DNA of 64,000 nucleotides from NCBI RefSeq assembly GCF_055900595.2, contig NZ_CM148325.1; one strand, 5' to 3'. Shown piece by piece: positions 1 to 10,110 of this stretch (position 1 is its first letter; each line of letters starts with the position of its first letter). The notes under the pieces were generated by a model. It saw only the letters and a program-made list of their open reading frames with translations, ran no database searches and was not told where the DNA came from. The position numbers and the translations under genes were made by a program.

Positions 1-3
1 TTC

Positions 4-37
4 GTAGGCCAGATAAGGCGTTCACGCCGCATCTGGC
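4..37. repeat. REP-like extragenic palindrome downstream of gdhA (GCCAGAT...ATCTGGC stem)
   Basis: Inverted repeat gtaggccagataaggcg...cgccgcatctggc read directly; resembles E. coli REP consensus. Confidence 0.4.
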
Positions 38-64
38 ATAAACGCCTGAAACGGCGCTAATGAC

Positions 65-1408
65 TTAAATCACACCCTGCGCCAGCATCGCATCGGCAAC
101 CTTCACAAAACCGGCAATGTTCGCGCCCTGCACGTAGTTGGTTTGCTCACCTTCACCACCATGCTCAACACAGGCATGGTGGATATCCAGCATGATGTGA
201 TGCAAACGTGCGTCAACTTTCTCGGCTTTCCAGCCCAGGCGCGCAGCGTTTTGCGCCATTTCCAGGCCGGATGTAGCTACGCCACCAGCATTAGCCGCTT
301 TACCCGGTGCAAACAGTACGCCTGCCTGCTGGAACAGTTCAGTCGCTTCGATGGTGGTCGGCATATTTGCCCCTTCGGCGACGGCTTTAACGCCATTGGC
401 GATAAGCTGATGCGCGGCGTCTACATCCAGTTCGTTCTGGGTGGCGCAAGGCAGGGCGATATCAACCGGTACAGACCACGGCTGTTGGCCTTCGAGATAG
501 ACCAGGCCAAATTCTTTGGCGTAATCTGCCACTCGACCATCGCGGCTGGCTTTGATTTCGATAAGACGTGCCAGTTTCTCTTTAGTGAATCCGCTTTCAT
601 CAACGACAGTGCCACTGGAGTCTGACGCAGTAATCACACGGGCACCAAATTCCATCGCTTTTTCGATAGCGTACTGGGCGACGTTGCCGGAGCCAGAAAC
701 GGAAACGCGCATCCCTTCAAAACCCATACCGTGGCGTTTTAGCATTGCTTCTGTGAAATAAACCAGACCGTAGCCGGTTGCTTCCGGGCGAATAAGACTG
801 CCGCCAAAAGAAAGCCCCTTACCGGTGAAGACGCAGGCGGTATTGTTGGAGAGCTTTTTCATCATCCCCGCCATAAAGCCGACTTCACGACCACCAACGC
901 CGATATCACCTGCCGGAACGTCGGTATCCGCGCCCAGGTGGCGATACAGTTCAGTCATCAGGGCCTGGCAAAAACGCATCACTTCACCTTCGCTTTTTCC
1001 TTTCGGATCGAAATCGCTGCCACCTTTACCACCGCCCATCGGCAGGGTAGTCAGGGCATTTTTGAAGGTTTGCTCGAAGCCGAGAAATTTGAGAATGGAG
1101 AGGTTAACTGACGGATGGAAACGCATACCGCCTTTGTACGGGCCGATGGCGGAGCTGAACTGAACGCGCCATGCACGGTTGACCTGTACCTGGTTGCGAT
1201 CGTCAACCCATACCACGCGAAACTGGATCACGCGCTCCGGTTCAACCAGACGCTCCAGTAATGACATCTGACGATATTTTGGATTTTGTTCAAGAAAAGG
1301 CCAGAGTGTGGTCATTACTTCACGAACGGCTTGCGCGAACTCGGTTTGATTCGGGTCGCGCTTTTGGACATGGTTGAGGAATGACTCCAGAGAATATGTC
1401 TGATCCAT
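65..1408 (-). CDS. gdhA: NADP-specific glutamate dehydrogenase
   Basis: 447-aa ORF; translation matches E. coli GdhA over its full length from memory. Confidence 0.95.
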   Translation of the reverse strand: MDQTYSLESFLNHVQKRDPNQTEFAQAVREVMTTLWPFLEQNPKYRQMSLLERLVEPERVIQFRVVWVDDRNQVQVNRAWRVQFSSAIGPYKGGMRFHPSVNLSILKFLGFEQTFKNALTTLPMGGGKGGSDFDPKGKSEGEVMRFCQALMTELYRHLGADTDVPAGDIGVGGREVGFMAGMMKKLSNNTACVFTGKGLSFGGSLIRPEATGYGLVYFTEAMLKRHGMGFEGMRVSVSGSGNVAQYAIEKAMEFGARVITASDSSGTVVDESGFTKEKLARLIEIKASRDGRVADYAKEFGLVYLEGQQPWSVPVDIALPCATQNELDVDAAHQLIANGVKAVAEGANMPTTIEATELFQQAGVLFAPGKAANAGGVATSGLEMAQNAARLGWKAEKVDARLHHIMLDIHHACVEHGGEGEQTNYVQGANIAGFVKVADAMLAQGVI

Positions 1409-1643
1409 AGATATAAAACCCTTATATATTAATACGATTATGCTTATGTTGTTTATGTCATGTGCTTTTGCAGTTTTCGACTATACCATCAAGAATGTGA
1501 CGGTAAGCAAGAAAAAAATGACTCACGAAAGCAAATTAATAACGGGAGAAATCTCATAACCAAAAGCGATAACTCAGACGCTAAAGTTTTGCCGCCAGGC
1601 TACCGTTATCAGTAGCAGAGACAAAAACGTTAAGGAGTTCCCT

Positions 1644-1916
1644 GTGAGTCGAGCATTGTTCGCCCTAGCATTGGCATTTCCATTCATTGCACTGGCTAAC
1701 CCGCATTATCGTCCGGACGTGGAGGTAAACGTACCGCCTGAAGTATTCAGTTCAGGCGGGCAGTCAGCGCAGCCCTGTACTCAGTGCTGCGTCTATCAGG
1801 ATCAAAACTATTCTGAAGGGGCGGTAATTAAAGCCGAAGGAATACTGCTGCAATGCCAGCGGGATGACAAAACTCTTAGCACTAATCCGCTGGTCTGGCG
1901 GCGCGTAAAGCCATAA
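1644..1916 (+). CDS. ynjH: DUF1496 small secreted protein YnjH
   Basis: 90 aa with N-terminal signal peptide; GTG start with AGGAG RBS at 1633-1637; K-12 position next to gdhA. Confidence 0.85.
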   Translation: MSRALFALALAFPFIALANPHYRPDVEVNVPPEVFSSGGQSAQPCTQCCVYQDQNYSEGAVIKAEGILLQCQRDDKTLSTNPLVWRRVKP

Positions 1917-2289
1917 ACGCCTTTAATAGTGGAATGTCAGCAGGGGCCAGCGGATATTGCAGCGCCTCTTCAGGTGAGCACCAGACCAGCGCCTGATGTT
2001 CATGTGCCTGTAACGTCCCGTGGAAGTGGGGTACGTGCCAGGCATGAAGATGGATAATCCGCCCCGACACTTCTCGCTGATGGCTGGCAACATACTCACC
2101 CACAGTTGCTTCGATGCCCAATTCTTCGCGTAACTCACGCACCAGCGCCTGCCGCTGGCTTTCATCCGGCTCGACTTTACCACCGGCAAACTCCCATAAT
2201 CCCGCCTGATCGCTATGGGCGGGGTGTTGAGCGAGTAAAATTTTGCCATCACGTTCGATGATGGCGGCAACAACTTCAATCATATTCAT
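1882..2289 (-). CDS. nudG: Nudix hydrolase, CTP pyrophosphohydrolase NudG
   Basis: 135 aa with Nudix box (GGKVEPDESQRQALVRELREELGI); convergent with ynjH and overlapping its 3' end. Confidence 0.9.
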   Translation of the reverse strand: MNMIEVVAAIIERDGKILLAQHPAHSDQAGLWEFAGGKVEPDESQRQALVRELREELGIEATVGEYVASHQREVSGRIIHLHAWHVPHFHGTLQAHEHQALVWCSPEEALQYPLAPADIPLLKAFMALRAARPAD

Positions 2290-2375
2290 AAATTACACAC
2301 GGGCAGATAAGCGAAAAATGCCATAATATCCGCACTGTTGCTCAATCAGAAAGGCTTTATATTTAAGGAGTGCCT

Positions 2376-2996
2376 GTGTTAGACCGCCATCTTCATCCCC
2401 GAATTAAACCTTTGTTGCATCAGTGTGTGAAGGTGCTGGATAAACCCGGCATTACGCCAGATGGTTTAACATTAGTGGGATTTGCCATCGGCGTGCTGGC
2501 ACTGCCGTTTCTGGCGCTGGGCTGGTATCTGGCGGCGCTAATCGTCATTTTGTTGAACAGGCTGCTTGATGGTCTGGACGGCGCGTTGGCGCGGCGAAGA
2601 GGACTTACCGACGCGGGTGGCTTTCTCGATATTTCTCTCGATTTTCTTTTTTACGCACTGGTGCCTTTTGGGTTTATCCTCGCCGCACCGGAGCAAAACG
2701 CGCTGGCAGGCGGCTGGCTGCTGTTTGCGTTTATCGGCACGGGCAGCAGTTTTCTCGCATTTGCTGCGCTGGCGGCGAAACATCAGATTGATAATCCCGG
2801 TTATGCGCATAAATCGTTTTATTATCTGGGCGGGTTAACCGAAGGCAGCGAGACGATTTTGCTGTTTGTTCTGAGTTGCCTCTTGCCAGCTTATTTTCCG
2901 TGGTTTGCGTGGGTATTTGGTGCGTTGTGCTGGATGACGACCTTTACGCGGGTGTGGAGTGGGTATCTGACGCTGAAGTCGCTCCAGCGCCAGTAA
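2376..2996 (+). CDS. ynjF: CDP-alcohol phosphatidyltransferase family inner membrane protein YnjF
   Basis: Membrane protein with the DG..AR motif; start placed at GTG 2376, which has AAGGAG 5 nt upstream; the track ORF begins at 2370. Confidence 0.8.
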   Translation: MLDRHLHPRIKPLLHQCVKVLDKPGITPDGLTLVGFAIGVLALPFLALGWYLAALIVILLNRLLDGLDGALARRRGLTDAGGFLDISLDFLFYALVPFGFILAAPEQNALAGGWLLFAFIGTGSSFLAFAALAAKHQIDNPGYAHKSFYYLGGLTEGSETILLFVLSCLLPAYFPWFAWVFGALCWMTTFTRVWSGYLTLKSLQRQ

Positions 2997-3004
2997 TTGC
3001 AATG

Positions 3005-4312
3005 TTATTTGCTGCTGTCCGGGCCGCGCTCACCGGTTGCTACGGGATTTTTCGGATCGCTGCTCCATTCGTACCAGCCGCCGTCGTAAACGGAGACGTT
3101 ATTCCAGCCCATTGCTCGTGCGTACATAAAGGTTTCGGACGCGCGCCAGCCGGTGCCGCAGTAGAATGAAACTTGCTGATCTGGTTTGATATTCCATGCT
3201 TTCCACATAGCGGCAATATCATCGGCGCTACGCATGGTGCCATCCGGGTTATGGAAATCCTCCATATGCGTCGAGTCGCTACCAGCGTGTCCCCAACGGG
3301 CTCCGGCTATTTCACCTTTTGGCTTAATATAGCTGTAACCACTGGTCGTACCGATAAATTCTGGCCACGAACGAATGCTCACCAGCGATGCATCCTGGCG
3401 ATGCAGCAGCCCACGGGCCTGTTCCATATCAAGCATCAACTGCGGTTGCGCCGGGATCTTCACGCCGAAATCCGGTTCAGCTTTCACTTTCGGTGGCGTT
3501 CCGCGCTCAACAGGCAGTCCCGCGTCGGACCAGGTTTGCCAGCCGCCGTCCAGCAGGCGCACATCTTTCACCCCTGCATAGAGCATAATCTGTGCTACAC
3601 GCGCTGCTGCGTATACATCACGACCATATAGAATCACCGTGGTGTCATGACGAATGCCATGCTTTGCCAGCATCGCTTTCAGTTGTTCATCAGAGACTTT
3701 ATTCCACAGCGGTTCGCTTTCCACTTCATTGGTATCGATGTAATCCGCGCCGGGAATATGGCTGATAAGGTAAAGCTTAGGAGCGCCCCAGGCCGCTTCA
3801 ATGACTTTCCAGTCACCGGCAGGTTTCGCCGTAACCTCTTTACCCTGTTGCAGGTCATGCAGCCATTGCGGATAAACCAGCTGCTCAAAGTGCGGCAGTT
3901 TTTGCAGATGGGAAGGTTCGCTTAGCGCGTCACTCAGGATGGAGATATGCGTAAAACCTGCTTTTTGCAGTCGCGTTTTGACGGCGTCGACATCTTTGTC
4001 ATTACCGTACAGCGCCACCGGAGCGTCGGTTTTCAGGTTATGTTGCTTGATCCACGCGTTGAGCTGTTCGGTGCTCATTTTGTCGAGCCAGCTAGCAGAG
4101 AGGTTTAAGGCGGCAGGTTCATGACCAGAAGGGCCATTTAAGGTTTGTGGCCAGCCGTTATAAAACGCGCTGGGGCGAGTATCTATCGCTTTGCCATTTT
4201 GTTGTTGAAGCTGGTCAAGTGTAAGAGGCTTCGCCAGTTCAGCGGCCCACGAAGAAGCGCAAGCCAGCCCTAAAGCCATTGCCAGCGCGGTCATTTGAGA
4301 AACACGTTTCAT
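3005..4312 (-). CDS. ynjE: Thiosulfate sulfurtransferase YnjE (rhodanese domains, signal peptide)
   Basis: Rhodanese-like repeats with CGTGWR active-site motif; start taken at the second Met (MKRVSQ) to match K-12 length; the ORF could begin at 4327. Confidence 0.85.
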   Translation of the reverse strand: MKRVSQMTALAMALGLACASSWAAELAKPLTLDQLQQQNGKAIDTRPSAFYNGWPQTLNGPSGHEPAALNLSASWLDKMSTEQLNAWIKQHNLKTDAPVALYGNDKDVDAVKTRLQKAGFTHISILSDALSEPSHLQKLPHFEQLVYPQWLHDLQQGKEVTAKPAGDWKVIEAAWGAPKLYLISHIPGADYIDTNEVESEPLWNKVSDEQLKAMLAKHGIRHDTTVILYGRDVYAAARVAQIMLYAGVKDVRLLDGGWQTWSDAGLPVERGTPPKVKAEPDFGVKIPAQPQLMLDMEQARGLLHRQDASLVSIRSWPEFIGTTSGYSYIKPKGEIAGARWGHAGSDSTHMEDFHNPDGTMRSADDIAAMWKAWNIKPDQQVSFYCGTGWRASETFMYARAMGWNNVSVYDGGWYEWSSDPKNPVATGERGPDSSK

Positions 4313-4378
4313 CGAAAATCCCGACATTGTAGTTTTGAGTGCGCCATTCTGAACTGACGCATTGGGAAAAACTTTGCG

Positions 4379-5032
4379 TTATCGCAGTTTGTTGTAATTT
4401 TCTGACCACTGCGCCATATCCAGAACAGAACTATCAGCAGGAACATCCTGGAGATCGTGCGTTACCTGAACGACGGGGATCGCCAGTTCGCGAACTTCGC
4501 TGAACACCCACTGGCGAAAATTATCGCGCAGAGCCACATCAAGACGGCTGAACGGCTCATCCAGTATTAACGCTTTAGGCTGGGCGAGAAGGGCACGTAG
4601 CAAGGCTACCCGCGCTCGCTGGCCGCCCGATAATGTCGCCGGATCCTGATGAAAAGTTCCGCCAAGCCCTGTCCGTTCAAGCGCATCATTTACTGCATTG
4701 TGCCTTGCAGCCCCTTTCAGTGTCGCCGGTAGCGCCAGCAATAAATTTTGCCCGACGCTGAACTGGTCAAATAACAGCGCATCCTGGAAAAGAATGCCAA
4801 TCTGACGCTGTGCGGTGGGTAGCATGTCAATCCGTTGCTCATTGAGCCATAGCTCACCTGTACAAGAAAACTGTCCTGCCAGCGCACCAATCATCCATGA
4901 AAACAGAGAAGATTTACCACAGCCTGAGGGACCCATTAACGTGACAATGTCACCTTTATTGACCGTAAAGTTAACGTTTGTCAGCAAAGGCCTTTCAGGC
5001 AAACGTAGCGAAACATCTTTCACGCAGAGCAT
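4379..5032 (-). CDS. ynjD: ABC transporter ATP-binding protein YnjD
   Basis: Walker A GPSGCGKSS and LSGGQ signature; start at the internal Met (MLCVKD), which overlaps the ynjC stop; the track ORF extends to 5119. Confidence 0.85.
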   Translation of the reverse strand: MLCVKDVSLRLPERPLLTNVNFTVNKGDIVTLMGPSGCGKSSLFSWMIGALAGQFSCTGELWLNEQRIDMLPTAQRQIGILFQDALLFDQFSVGQNLLLALPATLKGAARHNAVNDALERTGLGGTFHQDPATLSGGQRARVALLRALLAQPKALILDEPFSRLDVALRDNFRQWVFSEVRELAIPVVQVTHDLQDVPADSSVLDMAQWSENYNKLR

Positions 5033-6567
5033 TAGCGGAGTCCTTGTCTGACATAACCTACCCATTTTGCAAGCAGGGCGGTCAGGGCAAAAATAATAAG
5101 CGGCAACAGTAGTTGCCATAAAGCCTGGGCGGCGAGAATGCCGTTGCTGCCGCCGCTGCTTAATGCCACCGCTTCAGTGGTGAGTGTCGGAAAACGCCCC
5201 GCGCCCAGCCACAGCGTCGGCATATACTGCGCAATACTGACTGAAAATCCCACCGCGAAGGTAATCAGCGCAGGGCGCAACATGAGTGGGCATTTCACGT
5301 AAAAGAAGATTTTGGCCCGCGACCAGCCCAGTGTTTGCGCAATCAAAATTAACCGTGAATCAATGCGCTGCCAGGCGGGTTGCAGGATAAACAGCATCCA
5401 CGGCATTACCCACAGCAGATGCCCCCAGACCACCGCTGTCCAGCTCCCATCTATGTTCAGCCATAGCGCCAGCATGTACTGGCCCGCCACCAGCGGCAGA
5501 GCGGGTAACAATATGGGCAACCATAGCCAGAATTGCCTCCGTAGTGATCCCCATTCCAGCCAGGCCAGTAACAGGATTAAAGCGAGAAACGTCGCGGTAA
5601 GTCCCATCGTCAGGCTGTTGATGAGCGCTTCACTATTGATCGTCGACTGATCCGCGAGGATCGCCAGCAGAGCCACACAGAGCACACCGGTTAAGGGTAA
5701 AAAAATCGCCAGTGTATTACCGGGTAATAAAGGCGTGGCGTGCTTACGAACGCCATCTTCCTGGGGGATCGTGCGTCGCCAGGCGCGCCATAACAGATAA
5801 CCCAGCAAAACGTAGGCGGCGAGTAACAGCATCAGCAGCAGGCTGGCAAGCGCGCCTTTTGTCTGTTGGTCAATGCCACCCTGGGTTAGCCACTGCCAGC
5901 TAATTACCGCCAGCGTCGGTGGATTACCCGGCCCGAGAATAATTGCCACATCCACGACCGACAACGACCATGCCACAATAGCCAGCATCGCCATTGCCAG
6001 TGCAGGCGCGACGGAGGGCAACAACAACCAGTTCAGACATTGCCAGCGGCTGTAGCCCAGCGAATCCAGTACAATAACCTGCTGCAACAGCCGTTTCTCG
6101 CTCAATACTGCCGCTAAGATCCACAGCAGAAATGCGCTTTCTTTCACCGCCAGGGTAAGGCCCAGCCCAATACCCAATTTATCCATCGGCGGAGTGAGAA
6201 AAGGAAAAACCTGATAAACCAGGCCACCTTCAGCAAACAGCAACAGGGCGCTGGTGGCAAAAGCCACATGGGGAATGGCGAGCAGCCACGGCAGACGGGC
6301 GCACATACGCTGCCATTTCGGCCCAGGCCACAGCGCCATAATTACCAGCAGGGCAATCGTCAATGCGCCGAGCGCCGCGATGGTTGTTGACACCAGTGTT
6401 GCCAGTAAGGCCTGCGGTAGCTGCGGATCGGCAAATAACGCCTGCCAGTGTGCCAACGACAAAGCAGGCGATATCAGCGTGAGAGCTGCCGGGATCAGCG
6501 GTGAATAAATCACCACCACCATCGCCCACAGCAACAAGATTAATGCGTACCGTAACGGCGTAGCCAT
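5032..6567 (-). CDS. ynjC: ABC transporter permease YnjC
   Basis: 511-aa multi-pass hydrophobic protein in the ynjBCD operon position. Confidence 0.85.
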   Translation of the reverse strand: MATPLRYALILLLWAMVVVIYSPLIPAALTLISPALSLAHWQALFADPQLPQALLATLVSTTIAALGALTIALLVIMALWPGPKWQRMCARLPWLLAIPHVAFATSALLLFAEGGLVYQVFPFLTPPMDKLGIGLGLTLAVKESAFLLWILAAVLSEKRLLQQVIVLDSLGYSRWQCLNWLLLPSVAPALAMAMLAIVAWSLSVVDVAIILGPGNPPTLAVISWQWLTQGGIDQQTKGALASLLLMLLLAAYVLLGYLLWRAWRRTIPQEDGVRKHATPLLPGNTLAIFLPLTGVLCVALLAILADQSTINSEALINSLTMGLTATFLALILLLAWLEWGSLRRQFWLWLPILLPALPLVAGQYMLALWLNIDGSWTAVVWGHLLWVMPWMLFILQPAWQRIDSRLILIAQTLGWSRAKIFFYVKCPLMLRPALITFAVGFSVSIAQYMPTLWLGAGRFPTLTTEAVALSSGGSNGILAAQALWQLLLPLIIFALTALLAKWVGYVRQGLR

Positions 6568-7709
6568 TCTTGTTCCAGCGCATTTACCCAGCCAGCATGC
6601 GGTTCCGCCAGTACCGGCGGCAGATCCTGCGGCATTCTTGATTGTAAAGTTTCACGCTGCCCGGCAGGCAGTTTTTGTGGATCGAGAACCGATGGATCAC
6701 CCCAGACAGCAGGATCTGCCTTACGTAGCTGTGCATCAGGTGAGAGCAGGAAATTGGCAACCACCTTCGCCGCAGCACTGGCATTCGCGTTGGCAGGAAC
6801 GGTGACGAAATGCACGTTGCCAATCATCCCCTCGCGAAAGCCAAAACTGTAACTGCTTGCTGGCAAATCGCCACTGGCGATTTTTTGCTGGGCATGTGCA
6901 GGATTAAAGGTCAGCGACAGGCGCAATGTGCCAGTTTTCAGCAGAGCATCCATCCGCGCGGGCGAAGGTGGGAAATCCTTTCCTTCGCGCCATAGATACG
7001 GATGCAGCGCATCAAGATATTGCCACAAGGGCGCAGTGATACGGGCGAAAGTCGCATCGTTCGGCGCTTTCTTTAATGCTGCGGGATCTGGCGTCAGCAT
7101 AATCAGTAACTGTTCAAGAAATGCGGTGCCAGTAAAGTCTGGCGGGCGCGGATAGGTAACCGTGCCAGGATTGGCTTTAGCGAATTCCAGTAAGGCTTGC
7201 GGTGTTTGTGGTGGCAGTGGCGTAACATCGCGGCGGGCGATAAACGTCAGTTGTGCGCCGCCCCAGGGCGATTCAGCCCCTTCTGTAGGCACTGAAAAAT
7301 CTTCCCGCACCGGCAGCTGTGTGTCGATATAGCGCCAGTTGGGCAGAGTCTCCGCCCAGCCTGTTTGTAATAAATTAGCCTCTTTTAAGGTGCGGAAGTT
7401 TTCGCCGTTCACCCAGAGCAGATCCACCGAACCGCCTGTTTTGCGCCCGGCAGCAGCTTCGGTCTGAATGCGCTTCACCGCGTCTGCGGCATCCGCCAGG
7501 CGGACAATCTTCAGGTTTATATCATAATGGGTTTTCATCTCGCCGCTAACCCAGTCGAGATAGCGGTTAATTGCGGTATCGCCGCCCCAGGCGTTAAACC
7601 AGACGGTTTGCCCTTTGGCCTCATTTTTAACTTCCTGCCAGTCACTGGCATGTGTTGCCAGAGAAAACAGCGATAACAATCCCAGCAACCACCCACAATG
7701 GCGCATCAT
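6540..7709 (-). CDS. ynjB: ABC transporter periplasmic substrate-binding protein YnjB
   Basis: 389 aa with signal peptide; overlaps the ynjC start; last core gene before the accessory region. Confidence 0.85.
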   Translation of the reverse strand: MMRHCGWLLGLLSLFSLATHASDWQEVKNEAKGQTVWFNAWGGDTAINRYLDWVSGEMKTHYDINLKIVRLADAADAVKRIQTEAAAGRKTGGSVDLLWVNGENFRTLKEANLLQTGWAETLPNWRYIDTQLPVREDFSVPTEGAESPWGGAQLTFIARRDVTPLPPQTPQALLEFAKANPGTVTYPRPPDFTGTAFLEQLLIMLTPDPAALKKAPNDATFARITAPLWQYLDALHPYLWREGKDFPPSPARMDALLKTGTLRLSLTFNPAHAQQKIASGDLPASSYSFGFREGMIGNVHFVTVPANANASAAAKVVANFLLSPDAQLRKADPAVWGDPSVLDPQKLPAGQRETLQSRMPQDLPPVLAEPHAGWVNALEQEWLRRYGTH

Positions 7710-7936
7710 CTCTCCTTAGGAATAAAACTAGATGTATAATCTATTGTTTTTTCATTTGTTGTTTTGTTTGTGTTTTTTAGGGGCCACCAATAAGGCCCCT
7801 TGCGCAGTTCGAATTCTTCTGGTGCTATTTTTCCTCTTTTTTCTGTCTTCCTCCATTATTCTGTTTGACTCGATGTTCTGTATTACGAAATCGAATTAGA
7901 GGGCAGATACTTAGAAATTACCAGTTCAGCTTTCCA

Positions 7937-8722
7937 TTAGTTCCGGATGTTTAAACGTGATATGCGCGGAGCCCTTCTTAAAGTATCTGATACTGAACAT
8001 CTCATCTTCATAGCACTCTTTACCCTGAACAGACTGGATGTGCCATCCTGATGAATGGTTATGTTTTTCCCGTTGCCGGGGATGGGGGTGCCGCTGAACA
8101 GATGTAGCATTCTTTCCAGGTCGGCGAGTCGGTCAGTCTGTTGTCCGGTGATAAGATGAAATCCCCACCGGTCCCATCTCACCAGATTGTTGATAATGAT
8201 TTTACTTCCAAATTTACAGGGAGAGTTGGTTTTATAATTCCAGCTCAGTTCCCTGAAGACGTTAATCACTCCCCGCTTAAACACCTCATCCTTGTTCTGG
8301 TGCACTTGTTCAAATGTGCTCAGAATGTTCGCTTCGCTGATTTCCTGAAAATTATCGTACTCCAGTGAGCGGTACCATGTATCACGGGCCTGTGCATCCA
8401 TTAAGGAAAGCATCCCTGAACGTTGCATCAGGTCACGCCAGATTTCACGGTCAAGGTTGCGGGTAATGGCTTTCATTGCGGTTTCCTGTTTCTCCTTCAG
8501 CCAGCAGCCACAGCGAAAATCCTGTTTCATGGCCCAGTCCGGGGCGGTTTTACCTCCAATACTTTCCGTCAGAATTGAGATTTTAGCCAGTTGCCGGATA
8601 AGTGTGTCGATTGGCAACAGTGTACTCTTTCGTACAGCCAGAATGTGGCAGACTGAGGTGGAACAGATAACGTCCGTATGCCCGCTGACCACCTCCGGGC
8701 GGGAGAGTGTGGTATCTGACAT
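7937..8722 (-). CDS. Hypothetical island protein, possibly DUF4942-like
   Basis: 261-aa ORF following the yeeW-like gene at the island end; family label is from memory of island annotations and is uncertain. Confidence 0.4.
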   Translation of the reverse strand: MSDTTLSRPEVVSGHTDVICSTSVCHILAVRKSTLLPIDTLIRQLAKISILTESIGGKTAPDWAMKQDFRCGCWLKEKQETAMKAITRNLDREIWRDLMQRSGMLSLMDAQARDTWYRSLEYDNFQEISEANILSTFEQVHQNKDEVFKRGVINVFRELSWNYKTNSPCKFGSKIIINNLVRWDRWGFHLITGQQTDRLADLERMLHLFSGTPIPGNGKNITIHQDGTSSLFRVKSAMKMRCSVSDTLRRAPRISRLNIRN

Positions 8723-8806
8723 AATCGTTTTTCCTTTTTGCAGATAAATGAAAACGCCAGCTCTGTTCAGGCTGGCGTCAGGAGAATGAAGTCTGGTGAG
8801 TGAGAT

Positions 8807-9232
8807 TCACCGGTTCTGGTGCAGAAGTTGCAGTTGGTGCAGGGTACGGATATCCTCCCTGGCCTGTTCGATACAGGGCAACAATGCTGCCGAATCCGTT
8901 TTATCCTCATCGTTGTCGAAAATAATTCCGGACCCGCAGTCGATATTGTCCTGCAGCCACGCAATGAGGATATCCAGCGCTGTTTCAGTGGTTAATGGCA
9001 TCACGCTCTGTATCACTGTATTGTCTTCCGGCAACTGATGAGAGCTGGCAGAAGTCGCCGGTGTTTCGGTAGCGTCACGTTCATCCACCACGCGGAGTGA
9101 ATAACCGTATTCAGCGACCTTGTTAATCAGTTCAGTGAGCTCAACACCATCAATGTCAACGACAATTCGCCCTATATTCAGTGCCTGTACGTTAACGCTG
9201 TCTGCTTCCAATGTCAGGGCCAGTTTCATCAT
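8807..9232 (-). CDS. YeeW-like protein downstream of the toxin gene
   Basis: 141 aa; start overlaps the cbtA stop by 4 bp; position matches yeeW of CP4-44. Confidence 0.5.
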   Translation of the reverse strand: MMKLALTLEADSVNVQALNIGRIVVDIDGVELTELINKVAEYGYSLRVVDERDATETPATSASSHQLPEDNTVIQSVMPLTTETALDILIAWLQDNIDCGSGIIFDNDEDKTDSAALLPCIEQAREDIRTLHQLQLLHQNR

Positions 9233-9603
9233 TTCGCCTCCGGATACTTACCCAGGGTAATGTTATTTACCGTTCTGTAATTGTCGCGGGTCATCAGGCC
9301 GGTCGCCCTGCGAGCCCGGAGGATATCGATGCTGTTTATTAACTGAGAGCGGGTACAGGCGCTGAATCCCGGCTGGTCGGTACGCACCAGCGCGTATTTT
9401 TCCACGAGAAAGTTCACCGCATCACACAGTGAAATGCCTGCCTCAATATGCAGCTCAATCACGCGTTCATCCGCGAACGGTGTGTCATTCAGCGTAAGGC
9501 TGTAATGCTGGTCCAGTAACCGGGTGAGCAGTGTCTGCCAGATGGTGACGGGAGACGGGCAACACGATGCCTCCCGTACATGCGTGTCGGGTAATGTTTT
9601 CAT
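9229..9603 (-). CDS. cbtA: Type IV toxin-antitoxin toxin CbtA/YeeV family (cytoskeleton-binding toxin)
   Basis: 124 aa; sequence matches the YeeV/YkfI/YpjF family from memory; immediately downstream of cbeA. Confidence 0.85.
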   Translation of the reverse strand: MKTLPDTHVREASCCPSPVTIWQTLLTRLLDQHYSLTLNDTPFADERVIELHIEAGISLCDAVNFLVEKYALVRTDQPGFSACTRSQLINSIDILRARRATGLMTRDNYRTVNNITLGKYPEAK

Positions 9604-9692
9604 AATGAAGATTTTCCTGATATGCAGAGATAAAAAATGGGACAGTGGCGTGGTGAAAACACCAGGCCGGAGCAGAAGATTATTCTGATGAT

Positions 9693-10061
9693 TTACTTTT
9701 TCGTTTCGGGCGTCGGATAAACAGCCAGATAAACGTAACCACAGGAGCCGAGGGTGTCGGCTTCACAGGTCAGCCCCTTCGCATACAGTGTCACGGTATG
9801 CTGATGGCGGGGATTCAGTTCACCGCTGGTGAGCATGAGCTCCAGTTGTTTCATCGGCAGCGGAAAGGCCTGGTCCGGATGGTACGCATCCGCATCTCTG
9901 AACCGGCCTCTGATACCGGCACGGTCGGCAAGGTAATGCAACCGGTTACCCTCCTGCACCAGACGTGCCCCGAAACAGGGCGTCACGGTGCAGGGCAGTC
10001 CCCACCAGAGGCGGTCGTGATTGTCGTCGTGATGCGTTGTCCCGGGGAGTGTGTCTGACAC
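9693..10061 (-). CDS. cbeA: Antitoxin CbeA/YeeU family
   Basis: Matches YeeU from SDTLPGTT onward; start assigned to GTG at 10059-10061 (reverse complement of cac) rather than the longer track ORF reaching 10181. Confidence 0.8.
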   Translation of the reverse strand: MSDTLPGTTHHDDNHDRLWWGLPCTVTPCFGARLVQEGNRLHYLADRAGIRGRFRDADAYHPDQAFPLPMKQLELMLTSGELNPRHQHTVTLYAKGLTCEADTLGSCGYVYLAVYPTPETKK

Positions 10062-10110
10062 GATAAAATCCTCACAGAAAATCGTTGAATGATAGTTTAA
10101 CTTTGACAGG

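Noticed and set aside
143-1163. Several plus-strand ORFs (143-625, 552-761, 825-1163) overlapping gdhA
   Set aside because: They lie antisense within a well-supported gene and have no RBS or recognisable features; treated as spurious.
5312-6508. Multiple short ORFs inside ynjC and ynjB on both strands
   Set aside because: They fall within high-confidence transporter genes and are alternative-frame artefacts.
7779-7800. Stem-loop AGGGGCC-N8-GGCCCCT as an intrinsic terminator
   Set aside because: It is not followed by a U-tract on either strand, so it is more likely a structural or junction element than a canonical terminator.
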